Below are positions 49,643 to 61,799 of a DNA stretch of 64,000 nt, in pieces. Numbering within the stretch: position 1 is the stretch's first letter; the number at the start of each line of letters is the position of its first letter. The translations under genes were made by a program, and so were the position numbers. The notes under the pieces were generated by a model. It worked only from the letters and a program-made list of their open reading frames with translations, searched no databases and had not been told where the DNA came from. Source of the DNA: Selaginella moellendorffii (lineage: Eukaryota; Plantae; Lycopodiophyta); NCBI RefSeq assembly GCF_000143415.4, contig NW_003314330.1, positions 124,001-188,000 of the forward strand, in the 5' to 3' direction.

Positions 49643-50790
49643 TCAAGGCATTTTACATTTTAATATCTCGACTAGGGATATACCACATTTTCACAAGTTT
49701 TTATCATCCATAAAAAATTGTTTGGTGAAGATGCTTATTTGGACCTTTAAAGAGATGATTGCGAAGTATATGAACTTTTAGCATTTAAATTAGAATAATT
49801 ATTTGCCATCTATTTAATATGTATATGTCACAAGGGTGTAAAGTTCTATTGGTGCTTCACCAAATAAACTCCTATATAGTTATGATGTTCTACTGCCAAC
49901 GGAATTAAGTTTACCTTCACAGTTACCATAAACTATTAATGCTAGGTCCTAGAATCAGTATTTGAAGAACATTCTTTTGCTAGTCTAAATGGAGTTTATT
50001 TAATACTTGGGTTGCATATAAGTGGGACAACAATGATGTTATAACTCTTATCATCATCCTTTTATGGAGTACAAAATAGATAACACAATGTTAATTTATT
50101 TTCTCAATCTTACAGCATGTGGTTTGTCTAAAGGGTTCCTTGCTCAATGGAAGGGACCGTATTAAATGTTGCAACAAGTTGGACCATAAGTTTATAAGGT
50201 TTGTCATAACGTTTAACAGGTTAATCCTCCAAAAATTATGTATATGTAACAACTAAAGCACTTTATAAAAAGGGATTAAAAACAACTGGCACCACCTACA
50301 AATTCATTGGTGCTTCCTCCTAATTTAATTATGATCTTGGCTCTGAGCCAATTTGCCTCTCACAATTCTGAGTTGATCCCGAGAGGAGCTTGGATTGTGT
50401 GCCCGACTACCATTCTACTCACCCCTTTTACTTACTACGCACAAGCTCTCATAAGAATGCCCACACAATTGACCAACTGAAGAATTTTAATTGCCTTCCA
50501 TTTTTCCAAAAGGAGGGGATGATATGAAATCCAAGTGTATAGCCATATATTAATATTAACATAGTAAAATTTTAATAACCATTGGATTGATTTTAATCCA
50601 GATCACTTGCCATCATCCCTAAGTGTATGGCTATGATGCCATATATTAATATTAGTGTAGAAGGATTTTGATAACTATTGGATTGATTTTAATTTGAACC
50701 ATTTGCTTCTATATATAAGCTAAGGTTTTTGGGTTAATTGATATGCATATTTCTGTATTCCCATTTCTATATTCCATATTTAAAATTACC
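49643..50790 (+). mobile_element. Family A integrase right part, PPT and LTR (LTR partly duplicated)
   Basis: Continues the integrase from 37846; QWKGPY; PPT AAAGGAGGGGATGA at about 50510; LTR-like units at about 50523-50610 and 50620-50785. Confidence 0.85.
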
Positions 50791-52046
50791 AATAATAAGA
50801 AATTGTTAGTTTAATCATTAAAATTAAACTAGACAATACCTAATAGAATCTTTAATTTGTCATTAAGATTAAGATTTATGTGGTTCTTTCATGCCAGTTA
50901 CTATATTACCTTTTCCTCAAAATACAAGCACTTACTCTATCTTGACCCCATACAAACTCCTCATGCTACACTCTTGCTCCCCTCCAACAAGACTAATCAC
51001 CACTTTGGTCATCTGGTCAGACGCAAGCTCAAAGTAAAAACGTCTCAAACCAGCATTGATCTGTGATGATCACGGACCTGTTCTTGCTTTGCTTGATACA
51101 CTCCCCTCTTGTCCATGCTGCTGTGAATCACAAACACGGACAATTCACTCCTCATCTCCGCCACCACCCTGGCACTGCTGTTGCACACCCCTCGACTTTG
51201 AAGCGCCGCCTCAACACCCAGCATAGCTCGTCTAGTTTGCAGCTCTGATCTTCCATGCGAGCATAGCACAATCCATGCTTTGTTTAACCTTTCCTGGCCC
51301 TATGTCGGCAAACCTCGACATCAGATCCTCCACCTCAGGAGACAGCGTCTCAGAGTGCAAACCGATATGGACATCCTCATCCACACGCTCCACGATCCAA
51401 TCCATTTGTCATGACACAACGCAAGACAAGAGAAAGTGCAAGCTCACCGTGCGAGACCAGAAAACTGGACATTGCTCAAGAAGTTACCTGTATAACAGAA
51501 ACTCGTTTGGCCTTTTGGGGGCCAACAGACTCTTCCGGCAGTTCGAAGTCATGAGCAAACGCCTGCATGAGCCGGGCTATTCGAGCAGCCGTGCACTCCG
51601 CTGCCAGAACAAGTGTGTGCAGCGTCATCTTCACGAGCTATGTGTAGCTCAGAATTGCAGACCAGTCCTGCTGCACTACGCTGTCACCACCGCCAAAACT
51701 TTCAGCCGAGTCAAATTGCGAGTCTGTGTTTTGCAGTTTTTCTCTGGCCTTCGAACATTTCAAGGCTAATCAATCCTCAATTATATTACCTGGTAGAGGA
51801 TCCTCCTTGAAAGTGAAGCAGTCTGGGATCCACAACGCCCTTCATTGCGTTCATGCCGGGCTGCCACGGCCTGATGGATAGTGTAGACAGAAGACAATGA
51901 AAAATCGGGAAACCCTTATCAAAATTCCGAAGAAACACGGGAAGCTTACAAGAGCTGCGCAAGAGTGAAGAGACCATCCTAAACCCTTATCAAATAAAAA
52001 TCCAAGAGCCCTAAAATCCAAGGGCCCGAAATTTAGGGCTCTCCAA

Positions 52047-54716
52047 ATGCAGGGAAGATTGAGCCTTTGCGGCTGCTTGATCCAGGTATGCTTCTCATTT
52101 TCGATCGATCTAGCCGCGATACGACACTATTTCTCTCTCGTCTAGACTAGTCCCAGCCGGATTCGATGCTCCAGCAAGGGTTTCCACAGATCGAATGAGT
52201 CGCTGGCGACGTATCACGAGATCCGCGAGCGCGGGCAGAAGCCGGGGATCGGGATTACTCTAGCCGCATTGAAGGTATGCCGGGGATCGAACGACCTCAA
52301 GGCTGGGAGGAAGATTCACGCAGATTTGGTGGAGAGTGGGGATATTTCCAGTGTTCTCGTGGCCAGCACTCTGGTGGACATGTACGCCAAGTGTGGGAGC
52401 TTGGTGGAAGCTCGCAAGGTTTTCGAGAGCATGGAGAATCACGACGTGGTGTCGTGGAACTCGATGATTCAAGGCTACGTCCAAGGCGGTGATGGGAGAA
52501 CAGCTCTGGATCTCTACTCGAGAATGCAGGAACAGGGAAAGTGCGCTCCAAATCGTGTCACTGTTCTAGCGGCACTCAAGGCTTGCGTTAGTTTGGCTGG
52601 AGATGGCAAGAACTCTGGAAATGGTGGTGGAGGGAACTCAGGGTGGCTGAAGAGAGGGAGAGAGATTCACTCGCAAGCAGCAAAGAGTGGTGATGATCTC
52701 GACGCGTTCGTGGGAACCAGCTTGATCGACATGTACGCGAAGTGTGGGAGCATGGACGAAGCTCGTCAAGTTTTTGAGAGCTTGCACCACCGATGCGTCC
52801 AGTCGTGGAACTGCCTCATTCTTCGATACGCACAGAAAGGGGATGGCCAAGTTGCCTGGGAACTCTTCTCACGGATGAATTCGGAAGGCTACGAGCCGGA
52901 TTCTATCACTCTTCTTGCTGCGCTGAAGGCCTGTGCAAGCTTGGCAGAGGAAGAGCAAGGCGAGTTTGTGTCGGGAAAGCTCGTCAAAGCCGAGAGTTTG
53001 GAGAAGGCTCGAAGTGTTCACTCTCAAGCTGACAAGAGTGGAGCCCTGCGCAACGCTTATGTCTCGAACGCTCTGATAGACTTCTATGCGAAGTTTGGGA
53101 GCTTGGAGGACGCTCACAAGGTGTTTAAGACGATGCCGCAACGGACTGTGGTCTCCTGGAACTCGATCATTCTCGGGTACGCTCAGAGTGGCGAGGAAAA
53201 AGCTGCTTTGGACTTGTACTCGAGCATGAAGGACGAAGGTGGTGTGGCTGCGAACAGAGTTACTCTTCTCGCTGCTCTCAAGGCTTGCGCTGGTTTGGCA
53301 GGGAAAGAAGATGGAAAGCAAGTTGATGGCAAAATTATCAAGGTTGAGTCGCTCAAACGAGGCCGAGCTCTTCACTCTCAAGCTGTGGAGACTATGAAGA
53401 AGCTAGACGTGTTCGTGGAGAGCTCCCTGGTGGATTTGTACGCAAAGTGTGGGAGCCTTGGAGATGCTTGCAGGATTTTTGAGAGCATGGAGGCACGGAG
53501 CATGGTCTCGTGGAACTGTATCATTCTGGGGCTCGCTCAGAGTGGCTTTCCAAACGCTGCTCTCAGGTACTATTGTCGTATGCGAAATGAAGGATGCTTA
53601 CCAAATGCTGTGACTTTTGTTGCAGTTCTTAAGGCCTGTGGCGTTTTAGCAGCGCTAGAACTCGGGAAGCGAGTGCAGGATGAGCTCATGCTGGCTGGCT
53701 TTGGCGAGGATCCCTTTGTAGCCACCTCGCTGATTGATTTCTTTGGAAAATGCGGCAGCATAGTCGATGCGGAAAAGGTATTTCATTCAATTCCCCACAA
53801 GACTCTCGTGACATGGAGCTCTCTAATCGAAGGTTACAGTTGTCAGGGCGATAGCGAGCGGGTGTTTGATCTGTTCGAGAAAATGCAAGAGGACAAGCTG
53901 CGACCAAACGAGGTCACCTTTCTCTCGGTTCTTACCGCGTGCAGCCATGCCGGCCTCGTTGAAGAGGGGAAAGGTTACTTCCGGAGAATGAGCTCAGAGT
54001 TTGGCATCGCTCCTCGCATCAGGCATTACACTTGCATGGTGGATTTACTGGGGCGTGCCAATCAACTGGACGAAGCTGTGGCAATGGTCAAAAAGATGGC
54101 ATGCGAGCCAGACGTGGTGATTTACACGGCTCTATTGAGCTCATGCTGGAAGTGGAAGAACACAGAAGTTGGGAGGTTCGCATTTGAGGAGGTGATGAAG
54201 ATGGACAGCAAGAACACTCTGGCTTACGCCCTCATGGCGAACGTCTACAGTGCTGCTGGATTGGCAGGAAAGGTTGGGGAGATCCAGGAAATGGGAAAAA
54301 CTGCTGGAGTTTTGAGAAGATCTGGACAGAGCTGGTGGACGGATAGGAAAGGAAGAGTGCACGTCTTCGTTGTGGGTGACAAGAGGCATCCACTAACTGA
54401 GAAGATTCAAGCGAAGCTGGATGATCTTTTTAATAATCTGGAGCGAGGACAAGGAAACGGAGAACAGTGTGGAAGTGGCGGCCATGATAACGATCTCGCC
54501 TTGTGTGGACACACGGAAAAGTTTGCGGTGGCATGTGCTCTCTTGAGCTCTCCTCCTGGAGCACCGGTTCGAGTCGTAAACAACTACAAGACTTGCGAGG
54601 AATGCCACGCAACTACTGCTCTTATCTCTAAGCTGGAGCAGCGGACCGTGATCGTCAGAGACACCCGGCTACACATTTTCCGAAATGGAATATGTTCCTG
54701 TGGTGATTGCTGGTAA
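52047..54716 (+). CDS. PLS-class PPR protein with E and DYW deaminase domain (ends DCW); organellar C-to-U editing factor
   Basis: Exon 1 MQGRLSLCGCLIQ, intron 52086-52145, PLS repeats, HTEK...CEECH...CSCGDCW. Confidence 0.93.
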
Positions 54717-54982
54717 AATCTTTTTGAAGCAGTTCCATTTCAAGTTTGTTTTCTTCTTGCTTGCAGAGTCAAGGCCAAACACGGACGGAACTCTCTTGAC
54801 AGCTTTTTATGTCGGAGATCCGGTAAATAATACATTTTCTAGAGCAGAACAATGTTGACTGACATAAGTTTCTTGCCCTCCAATGGCTACAGGACGACCA
54901 TCATTCATCACTTATCCCTATCGACACGTACTGACTGACCTTCGGCATATAAGTAGTGCTTCGTGTTGAGGCATAAGTTAAG

Positions 54983-56848
54983 ATGGAAAATCGTTCGTCT
55001 CTTTCAACTCTCTTCTTGCTAGCGCTGATCTGTGCTTCTTCAGTGGCTGCAGCAACAGATCAATTCACCAAGGCTTTGAATGCTTCGTGTCACAAGGACG
55101 ACCTCAAGGCCTTGCTCGACTTCAAATCCACTATCACTATCAGCTCGGGGAGGCTCAAGGCCTGGACAGGCAAACAGTGCTGTTCATGGCCAACTATCAG
55201 GTGTAACAACAAGACTGGAAGAGTCATCTCCTTGGAGATCATCGATCCTTACGATGCCGGCGATTCCATCGGCTACGAAAGTGCTACCGGATCGATCTCT
55301 CCCTCGCTCGGTATGCTCTCCTCTCTCGAGTCCTTGGCACTTTCTTCGCTAGTTGGTCTTTCCGGGGAGATCCCTGCTTCCATCGGCAAAATCTCGACGC
55401 TCAAGGGGCTTTTCCTCGATCGAAACAACCTGACTGGTCCCATCCCGGCAGCCATTGGCGCTCTTTCCAGGCTCACGCAGCTCTACCTCGAGGGGAACAA
55501 GCTCTCTCAAGCAATTCCTTTCGAGCTCGGCTCGCTGAAAAATCTCCGGGAGCTTCGTCTCGAGTCCAACCAGCTAACAGGCAGCATACCATCCTCGTTT
55601 GGCGACCTTCGCCGTCTCGAGAAGCTGGATATATCAAGCAACAGGCTTACCGGCTCCATTCCAGGCTCGATCGTCTCCATCTCAACGCTGAAAGAGTTGC
55701 AACTGGCTCACAACAAGATCGCTGGTCCTGTTCCTTCGGACCTTGGGAAGCTATCTTTGTTGGAAGTGCTGGATCTCTCCGACAATCAGCTCACTGGAAG
55801 CCTGCCTTCGTCGCTCGGCAACTGCAAGTCACTACGAAATCTCTGGCTGTCGGAAAATGAGCTAAGTGGTACCATTCCGGTTTCATGGGGGAGCAGCAGC
55901 CTCGTCAACTTGAGCGTCATCGACTTATCCTTGAATCAGCTCACCGGTGAAGTTCCAAGCTCCTTGGGGTCGCTCCGCAGCCTTGCAGACTTTAACATCG
56001 CCCATAACAAGCTGGCTGGAAGCTTTCCCGACCTCTCCAAGACGCAGCTCGCCACTCTCGACCTGTCTTACAACCAATTTCATCTCCACACCGTCCCGGG
56101 CTGGCTGTCAAAACTGCGTGCGAATTACTTCCGGCTCTCTCTCGCTTCCTGTGGCATCGAGGAGCTGCCATCTTTTCTCTCCCAGCTCAACTTGGGCCTC
56201 CTCGATCTCTCGATGAACACCATCAAAGTGAGACAGCTCCCAACGTTATCGAGCAGCTTTTCTGGATTGTACCATCTCAACCTGTCGTTCAATCCTCTGG
56301 CCGTCCCGCTGAGCAGTGACATCAGCAAGTACTCCGTCTTGACTCGACTGGATCTTCGCTCAACGAGGTTGTCCGGCTCGGTAAGTCCAATCTTCTCTTC
56401 TAACTCGTCATTTCTAGAGTTCGTGGATCTTTCCGACAACCAGCTGGGTGGTCAGATCCCTCCACCTCCGAGTAGAACCCAGGACAGCTGGTCCTACCTC
56501 AATCTATCGAAGAACAAGCTCACGGGTAGCATTCCGAAAGAGATAGCCAACCTCAAAGTGATCAAGACGCTTGACCTCTCGCACAACCAGCTCCAAGGTG
56601 GCATTCCTGCGAGCGTCGGAAACTTAACGTGGCTGGAGTCTCTCGACTTGTCATCGAACAAACTCACCGGTGGAGTTCCTGAGTCGTTGCTGAAGCTGCC
56701 CAGCTTGCGATTCTTGAATCTCTCGAGCAACTCTCTATCGGGAAAAATACCACAGGGGCCGAAGATCCGCAGCTTCCCAGCTGCGGCATTCACAGACAAT
56801 CCCGGACTGTGTGGCACTCCGCTTCCGCCATGCAAGAAAGTGTTCTGA
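54983..56848 (+). CDS. Secreted LRR protein (RLP/PGIP-like, no TM or kinase)
   Basis: Signal peptide, CHKDDLKALLDFK/CCSW..IRC cap, about 20 LRRs, ends NPGLCGTPLPPC. Confidence 0.92.
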   Translation: MENRSSLSTLFLLALICASSVAAATDQFTKALNASCHKDDLKALLDFKSTITISSGRLKAWTGKQCCSWPTIRCNNKTGRVISLEIIDPYDAGDSIGYESATGSISPSLGMLSSLESLALSSLVGLSGEIPASIGKISTLKGLFLDRNNLTGPIPAAIGALSRLTQLYLEGNKLSQAIPFELGSLKNLRELRLESNQLTGSIPSSFGDLRRLEKLDISSNRLTGSIPGSIVSISTLKELQLAHNKIAGPVPSDLGKLSLLEVLDLSDNQLTGSLPSSLGNCKSLRNLWLSENELSGTIPVSWGSSSLVNLSVIDLSLNQLTGEVPSSLGSLRSLADFNIAHNKLAGSFPDLSKTQLATLDLSYNQFHLHTVPGWLSKLRANYFRLSLASCGIEELPSFLSQLNLGLLDLSMNTIKVRQLPTLSSSFSGLYHLNLSFNPLAVPLSSDISKYSVLTRLDLRSTRLSGSVSPIFSSNSSFLEFVDLSDNQLGGQIPPPPSRTQDSWSYLNLSKNKLTGSIPKEIANLKVIKTLDLSHNQLQGGIPASVGNLTWLESLDLSSNKLTGGVPESLLKLPSLRFLNLSSNSLSGKIPQGPKIRSFPAAAFTDNPGLCGTPLPPCKKVF

Positions 56849-56949
56849 GAACTCACTCATCTCTCGAGTAACAAGAAGAATAGGAGCAGGAACTTTGTGC
56901 GGAAATGGAGAAGGACAAGCATGCGGTTGTGACTACGGAACATCCAACC

Positions 56950-57409
56950 GCATCGGATGCTCGCAACAGACATCCTCGATCAACCTCGGCACAGTGGATG
57001 CTCGACAGAACGATGTAAGGCGAAGCGCTGCTGCCATCCTCGTCCAGCGCGAGGACGCGCCTGCCGAGGTACTCTCCTCTCTTGCATGTTGTCGAAGTAT
57101 TTGCGTGACCAATTTTGCCACTGTATACGGGTTGTCCAAGTCGCAACGTTGTAGGACGGCCTTCTTTGTAGTAAAATGTTTCCATCCTCAAGTTCTTCGT
57201 TGCTGATAACATTGCGTTCCACCATGTCTCGTCCGTCTCCAGCTGTGAGTGTAAGCCGTGCGCTATGCGATCGAATCGAAGGCCAGTGCGGCATCTTGTG
57301 GAGTTCTGCAGCTTCCATGCCGAGACTTGAGCTTCTCACGAGCTTTCCTATCTCTAGGCTTTGTTCTGCTGCATTGGCCAAGAATTGCCTCGAACAAGGC
57401 CCTCTCCAT
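56950..57409 (-). pseudogene. Deletion-riddled copy of the PPR gene at 59701-61731
   Basis: Shares start MERA.FEA.LGQCS, QDAALAFDSIAQR and end LDEDGSSASPYIVLSSIH, plus upstream sequence (57410-57465 vs 61732-61790). Confidence 0.88.
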
Positions 57410-59549
57410 TAGAAACCATCATTCTTTACTAAGAACTTGAGCATGGGTGAGTGAGCACATTTCACTGTAGTTACCAAAATAGTGATGTACAAACCAAAAC
57501 AACCTACCATGGGAAAAGAAACTCGGGAAAAGACCTAAAAGAGAGAACCCAGTAACAATCGACAGTAGAAGATCGATTGATCGATCGATGTATGGACAGC
57601 TACTTCTTCTTCTTCGGCGATGACGATCCACCAGAGGTGGGATTCCTGCCCTTGATATACCAGTATTTTTCGACTTCAAGCTAGATATTTGTGAACCAAA
57701 ATCCACAAAGCCTTCCACTTCATTGCAGATAACATTGTGTGGCAATCCTTCTCGGAATTCACATATACTTGTTCATCTTCTTCTTTTGTTGTTCATCTCG
57801 ACAAAGTTCCATGGAAATGCATCTCGAATAAGAATACTACCACATATTTGGTCTGAATAATAGGATTAGAATCAAGTGTGTTTTGCATCCCGTAAAGGCG
57901 GAAGGTCTTCCTTGGACGTATAATGAACCCTAATTGATACCTAAGATCCACATGAAAAGGCTGGGAATGGCAAGAAATTGTAAAGCTCACCATCCTAAGA
58001 AAATTTCTCGTTTTCCATCAGCACTGATTTCTCCTCTCTCCAACTTTCCTGGGGACTGCCATGCTTGCTCCATGGACGTGGTGAGCTGGAGCAAGGTGGA
58101 GGAGATCCTCCTCTTTGTAAGGTGATTCTTGCAAGGGATTGGGAGCTTATAGTGATGGCGTCGTGTGCAAACGCTTCAAGATTGTTGGTCTTTGTGACAG
58201 GTGGTTCTTCTTGGGAGCTTCTTCAAGGTTGACAGTGGTGGAGTTTCCACATGAAGAGGATTATGTCACCAACACTTTGGCAAGCCTTCAGCTTCTCTAC
58301 GACGATAGAGGACGCCTAACACAGTGATGATGAACAGGTTTGTGTTCTTTGGCCCTAGCTACAAAGACACTCAAAATAAACATACATTTGGGGCATATAC
58401 AACAGTGCACAAGAGGAAATCATGTCTGTGCTGCCCTCACTGGTGTTTTGTCAGTGCCTTTGCTCGGATCCATGCTTGAAAACTGAGTCAGAACTCTGAC
58501 CAGCAGCTTGATAGAGGGCTCTATTGAAACTTCTACCTTCAAAGTGTGGTTGTCCACTAGCTTGCACTTGCTGGAGAAGCACATTGAAATCCTGGTGAAG
58601 GGACTCATGCCAAAATCAAGCTGCCGAAGAAAGGACCCTGCTGATACTCAAGATATACTTGATGAGGATGTAAGGTAATGCCTAATGGATAGATGGTTCT
58701 AGTGAGGTTTTTCTTTAAACAGGGCTTTTATTCTCTAGAAAAACCAAGTCTTAACTTTTAGCGCTAAGCCTTTATCTTAGTCTCCAGAAAAAAAGTCATG
58801 GGAGAACTCTACAGGGAGTTGCTTGTGAGCTTGACAACATATTGCTGTCATGGTTGTGAAGTTACTCCATACTATTTACGTAACAGTGGTGCCCTCCTTG
58901 TTGCCCAGCTCTTCTTATGTAGTCCTTTATATTAGAGGGTGGATTTGGTAGGAATGATAGAAAAGGTGGTGGCAAAGTCATATAGTGACAAGAAATAAAA
59001 GGTGGCAAGATTCATCAAAAGGAGGGAAATGTTAAAGGTAAGAGAGGTTACTGCAGCATGTAGTTAACTTCGGTGGACTCATGGTTGACTAAAATTTTAT
59101 ATGGGTTGTTTGCAGCCCAAAATTGTTCCAGGTACCGGCGGATGCATCGGCACTGCCACCATCGCCAGGGGAGGCCGCGGATCAGCGCTGCTGCTGGACG
59201 ACGCCTCTCTTCGGTTCAGGTGGGAGGCTTGGCGCCAGGATTTGAGGGTAGGCCACGGGCGCTCCATCACAGCTGTGGTAGAATGCGTCGCCTCCGATGC
59301 GTCGAGCGTCGAGGTGAAGGATTCCGGAAATGTGGACGTGGAGGCGGCTAAGGAAGATCCGGCAAATATAGAATGGTATCACATTCACTCTTGCTATGCT
59401 AATAAGTATCATAGGCTTTCCCACCAAAAAAGAAACTTTTTTGTTCAACCTACTACAACTGAACATTTTAGGTTGGAGACCTTGTGATGAACTAAGCCTT
59501 TCTTTGTGATCCCACTGCTTCTATGTGCTGTAGTGCAGATGAATGCATG

Positions 59550-59685
59550 ATTCGGAAACTTGACGTCGCTGGAGTCACTTGACTTGTCATCGAACAAACT
59601 CACTGGTGGAGTTCCTGAGTCGTTGCTGAAGCTTAAGCTGCCCAGCCTGAATCTCTCGAGCAACTCTAGAGAAAAATACCACAAG
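59550..59685 (+). pseudogene. Fragment of the 3' end of the LRR gene (copy of about 56615-56755)
   Basis: GACTTGTCATCGAACAAACTCAC.GGTGGAGTTCCTGAGTCGTTGCTGAAGCT shared with 56646-56700. Confidence 0.88.
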
Positions 59686-59700
59686 TGTTTTAAGCTCATC

Positions 59701-61731
59701 TCACTCACAGGAGCAGGTTTCCAATAAGCCTCGATCAACCTCGGCACTTTGAGAGTGGATGCTCGACAGAACGATGTAAGGCGAAGCACTGCTGCCATCC
59801 TCGTCAAGCTCGAGCGCTTGCTTGCCTAGGTACTCCCCTCTCTTAGCATCGCCATGACTCTTACATGCAGCGAGAAGTATCCTCCAGGCCGAGCATCCCG
59901 GTTCAAACGGCATCTTGGCAACGAGCTCCTCAGCTTGCCGCAGCATTCCAGATCGCGAGAAAAGATCAATAACGCACTCATAGTGATCTCCTGTTCGCAT
60001 TACACCAAAGTCCATTTCTATGGAGCCGAAGTTGACGACACCATCGAGCAGCAGCCCGGCATGGCTACAAGCCGATAGGACGCTCTTGAAAGTCACGTGG
60101 TCGGGATCCACTCCATGGATCTGCATCGCGCTAAACAGCTCCAGTGCTTCTCCGGCAAGCCCGTTATCAGCATAGGACGTGATCATCGCATTCCAGGAGC
60201 CGACCACCTTGTCCGGATTCCTCTCAAAAAGTGCTCTCGCGGTGGAGAGCGATCCGGCTCTTCCATAGAGGCTCACCAGTGCAGTGGCGAGGAACGCATC
60301 TGGCTCCACTCCAGCGGCAACTATATCGTAGTGGATGATCCTGCCGAGCTCAAACCAGTGGAGCGTTGTGCACGCGTCGATGGCGGTCGAGAACGTGATC
60401 TCGTTGGGAGTTATCCCTTCCAAATCCATGGACTTGAAGAGCTCGAGAGCCTCCGCCGGATTTCCAAGCTGTGCGTATGCTGCCACCATCGAGTTCCAAG
60501 TCACAAGGTTTCGCTGCGGCATCTTATCGAAGACGAAGAAGCGAGCGTCCTCCACGCAGCGGTTCTGTGCGTAGAGGCAAAGCAGCGCCGTCCAGGTGAC
60601 CACAGTTCTCTCCGGAATCATCGCAAAAAGCAAGCTCGAGTAGGAGGCATCGCTCAGCTGGGCGCTCGCTTGGATCATCTCGTTCCACGACACGGAGCTG
60701 TGCTGTGGCATCCTTGCGAAGAAGCTATCAGCGAGATCCATTCGTCCAGCCTTGTTATAAGCTCCTAGCATGATATTTCCAGAGACTATGTCTCGTCCTG
60801 GCGGCATGCTCGCAAAAAAGCTCTCGGCGTCTTTGAGCTGCTTGGAAGCCAGCAGCATGACGTTCCATGAAACTATATCTCGCTCCGGCATAAGCTCAAA
60901 CACCTTTGCTACTTCCTCCACGCTTCCAGCTTTAGCTAGAGCCTGCATTGCTGAGTTCCACGATTCGGCAGTTCTTCCAGGCATTTTGTCGAACAGACGT
61001 CTACATTGACATGAATCCCCGCACTGGGCATATGCCGAGATCATCAAGTTCCAGGTGATGGTGCTTCGCTCCGGCATGTTGTCAAAGTACACCTTTGCGT
61101 GTCCAATGTTGCCACTGTATATGTAGCCTGATATTATGGCTGTCCAAGTCACAACGTTGTAGAACGGCATTCTTTGTAGCAAAAGTTTTGCGTCCTCAAG
61201 TTCTTCATTTTGGGTAAGCGCTGACAACATTGCATTCCATGCTACCACGTCTCGGTTCTTTGTAGCATGAAAGATTTGTTTTGCGTCACAGGTATTTCCC
61301 TTTCTCCCGTATGTTATCATCATAGTTGTGGAAGAAGAAAGGCTGCTTTCGGGGAGATGATCAAACAAGTCCCTAGACTCCTCTAAACGCCCCGCTCTTG
61401 CTTTCACTGTGATCATGGTACTGTAAGTTACCAGCGAGTGCTGAGCCATCTTTCTAAAGATTATATCCGCCTCTCGCAAGTTCCAACTGTGAGTGTAAGC
61501 CGCTAGTAGATTGTTCCAGCTGAAGACATTGCGCTGTGCAATCGAATCAAAGGCCAGTGCGGCATCTTGTGGAGCCCCGCAGCTTCCATACATTTGGACG
61601 AGGAGGTTGCCCATGTAAGTTTCGTGATGGAAGCCATGAGCCTTGAGCTTCTCGTGAGCTTTCCTGCCTCTCAGTAGCGCCTTTGTTTTGCTGCATTGGC
61701 CAAGAAGTGCCTCGAATGAGGCCCTCTCCAT
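59701..61731 (-). CDS. PLS-class PPR protein with E domain
   Basis: 676-aa intronless ORF with many PPR repeats, SACSHAGLL, HYECVIDLFSRSG, MPFEPG..AW. Confidence 0.93.
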   Translation of the reverse strand: MERASFEALLGQCSKTKALLRGRKAHEKLKAHGFHHETYMGNLLVQMYGSCGAPQDAALAFDSIAQRNVFSWNNLLAAYTHSWNLREADIIFRKMAQHSLVTYSTMITVKARAGRLEESRDLFDHLPESSLSSSTTMMITYGRKGNTCDAKQIFHATKNRDVVAWNAMLSALTQNEELEDAKLLLQRMPFYNVVTWTAIISGYIYSGNIGHAKVYFDNMPERSTITWNLMISAYAQCGDSCQCRRLFDKMPGRTAESWNSAMQALAKAGSVEEVAKVFELMPERDIVSWNVMLLASKQLKDAESFFASMPPGRDIVSGNIMLGAYNKAGRMDLADSFFARMPQHSSVSWNEMIQASAQLSDASYSSLLFAMIPERTVVTWTALLCLYAQNRCVEDARFFVFDKMPQRNLVTWNSMVAAYAQLGNPAEALELFKSMDLEGITPNEITFSTAIDACTTLHWFELGRIIHYDIVAAGVEPDAFLATALVSLYGRAGSLSTARALFERNPDKVVGSWNAMITSYADNGLAGEALELFSAMQIHGVDPDHVTFKSVLSACSHAGLLLDGVVNFGSIEMDFGVMRTGDHYECVIDLFSRSGMLRQAEELVAKMPFEPGCSAWRILLAACKSHGDAKRGEYLGKQALELDEDGSSASPYIVLSSIHSQSAEVDRGLLETCSCE

Positions 61732-61799
61732 TAGAAACCATCATTCTTGACTAAGAACTTAGGCATGGTTGAGCACAAACTTTCACTAAATATTGATGT

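Noticed and set aside
51045-51810. ORFs of 60-164 aa upstream of the PPR-DYW gene
   Set aside because: No recognisable motifs or consistent splice structure.
57450-59490. Short ORFs between the duplicated units
   Set aside because: They look like mixed gene or TE scraps; no family could be assigned.
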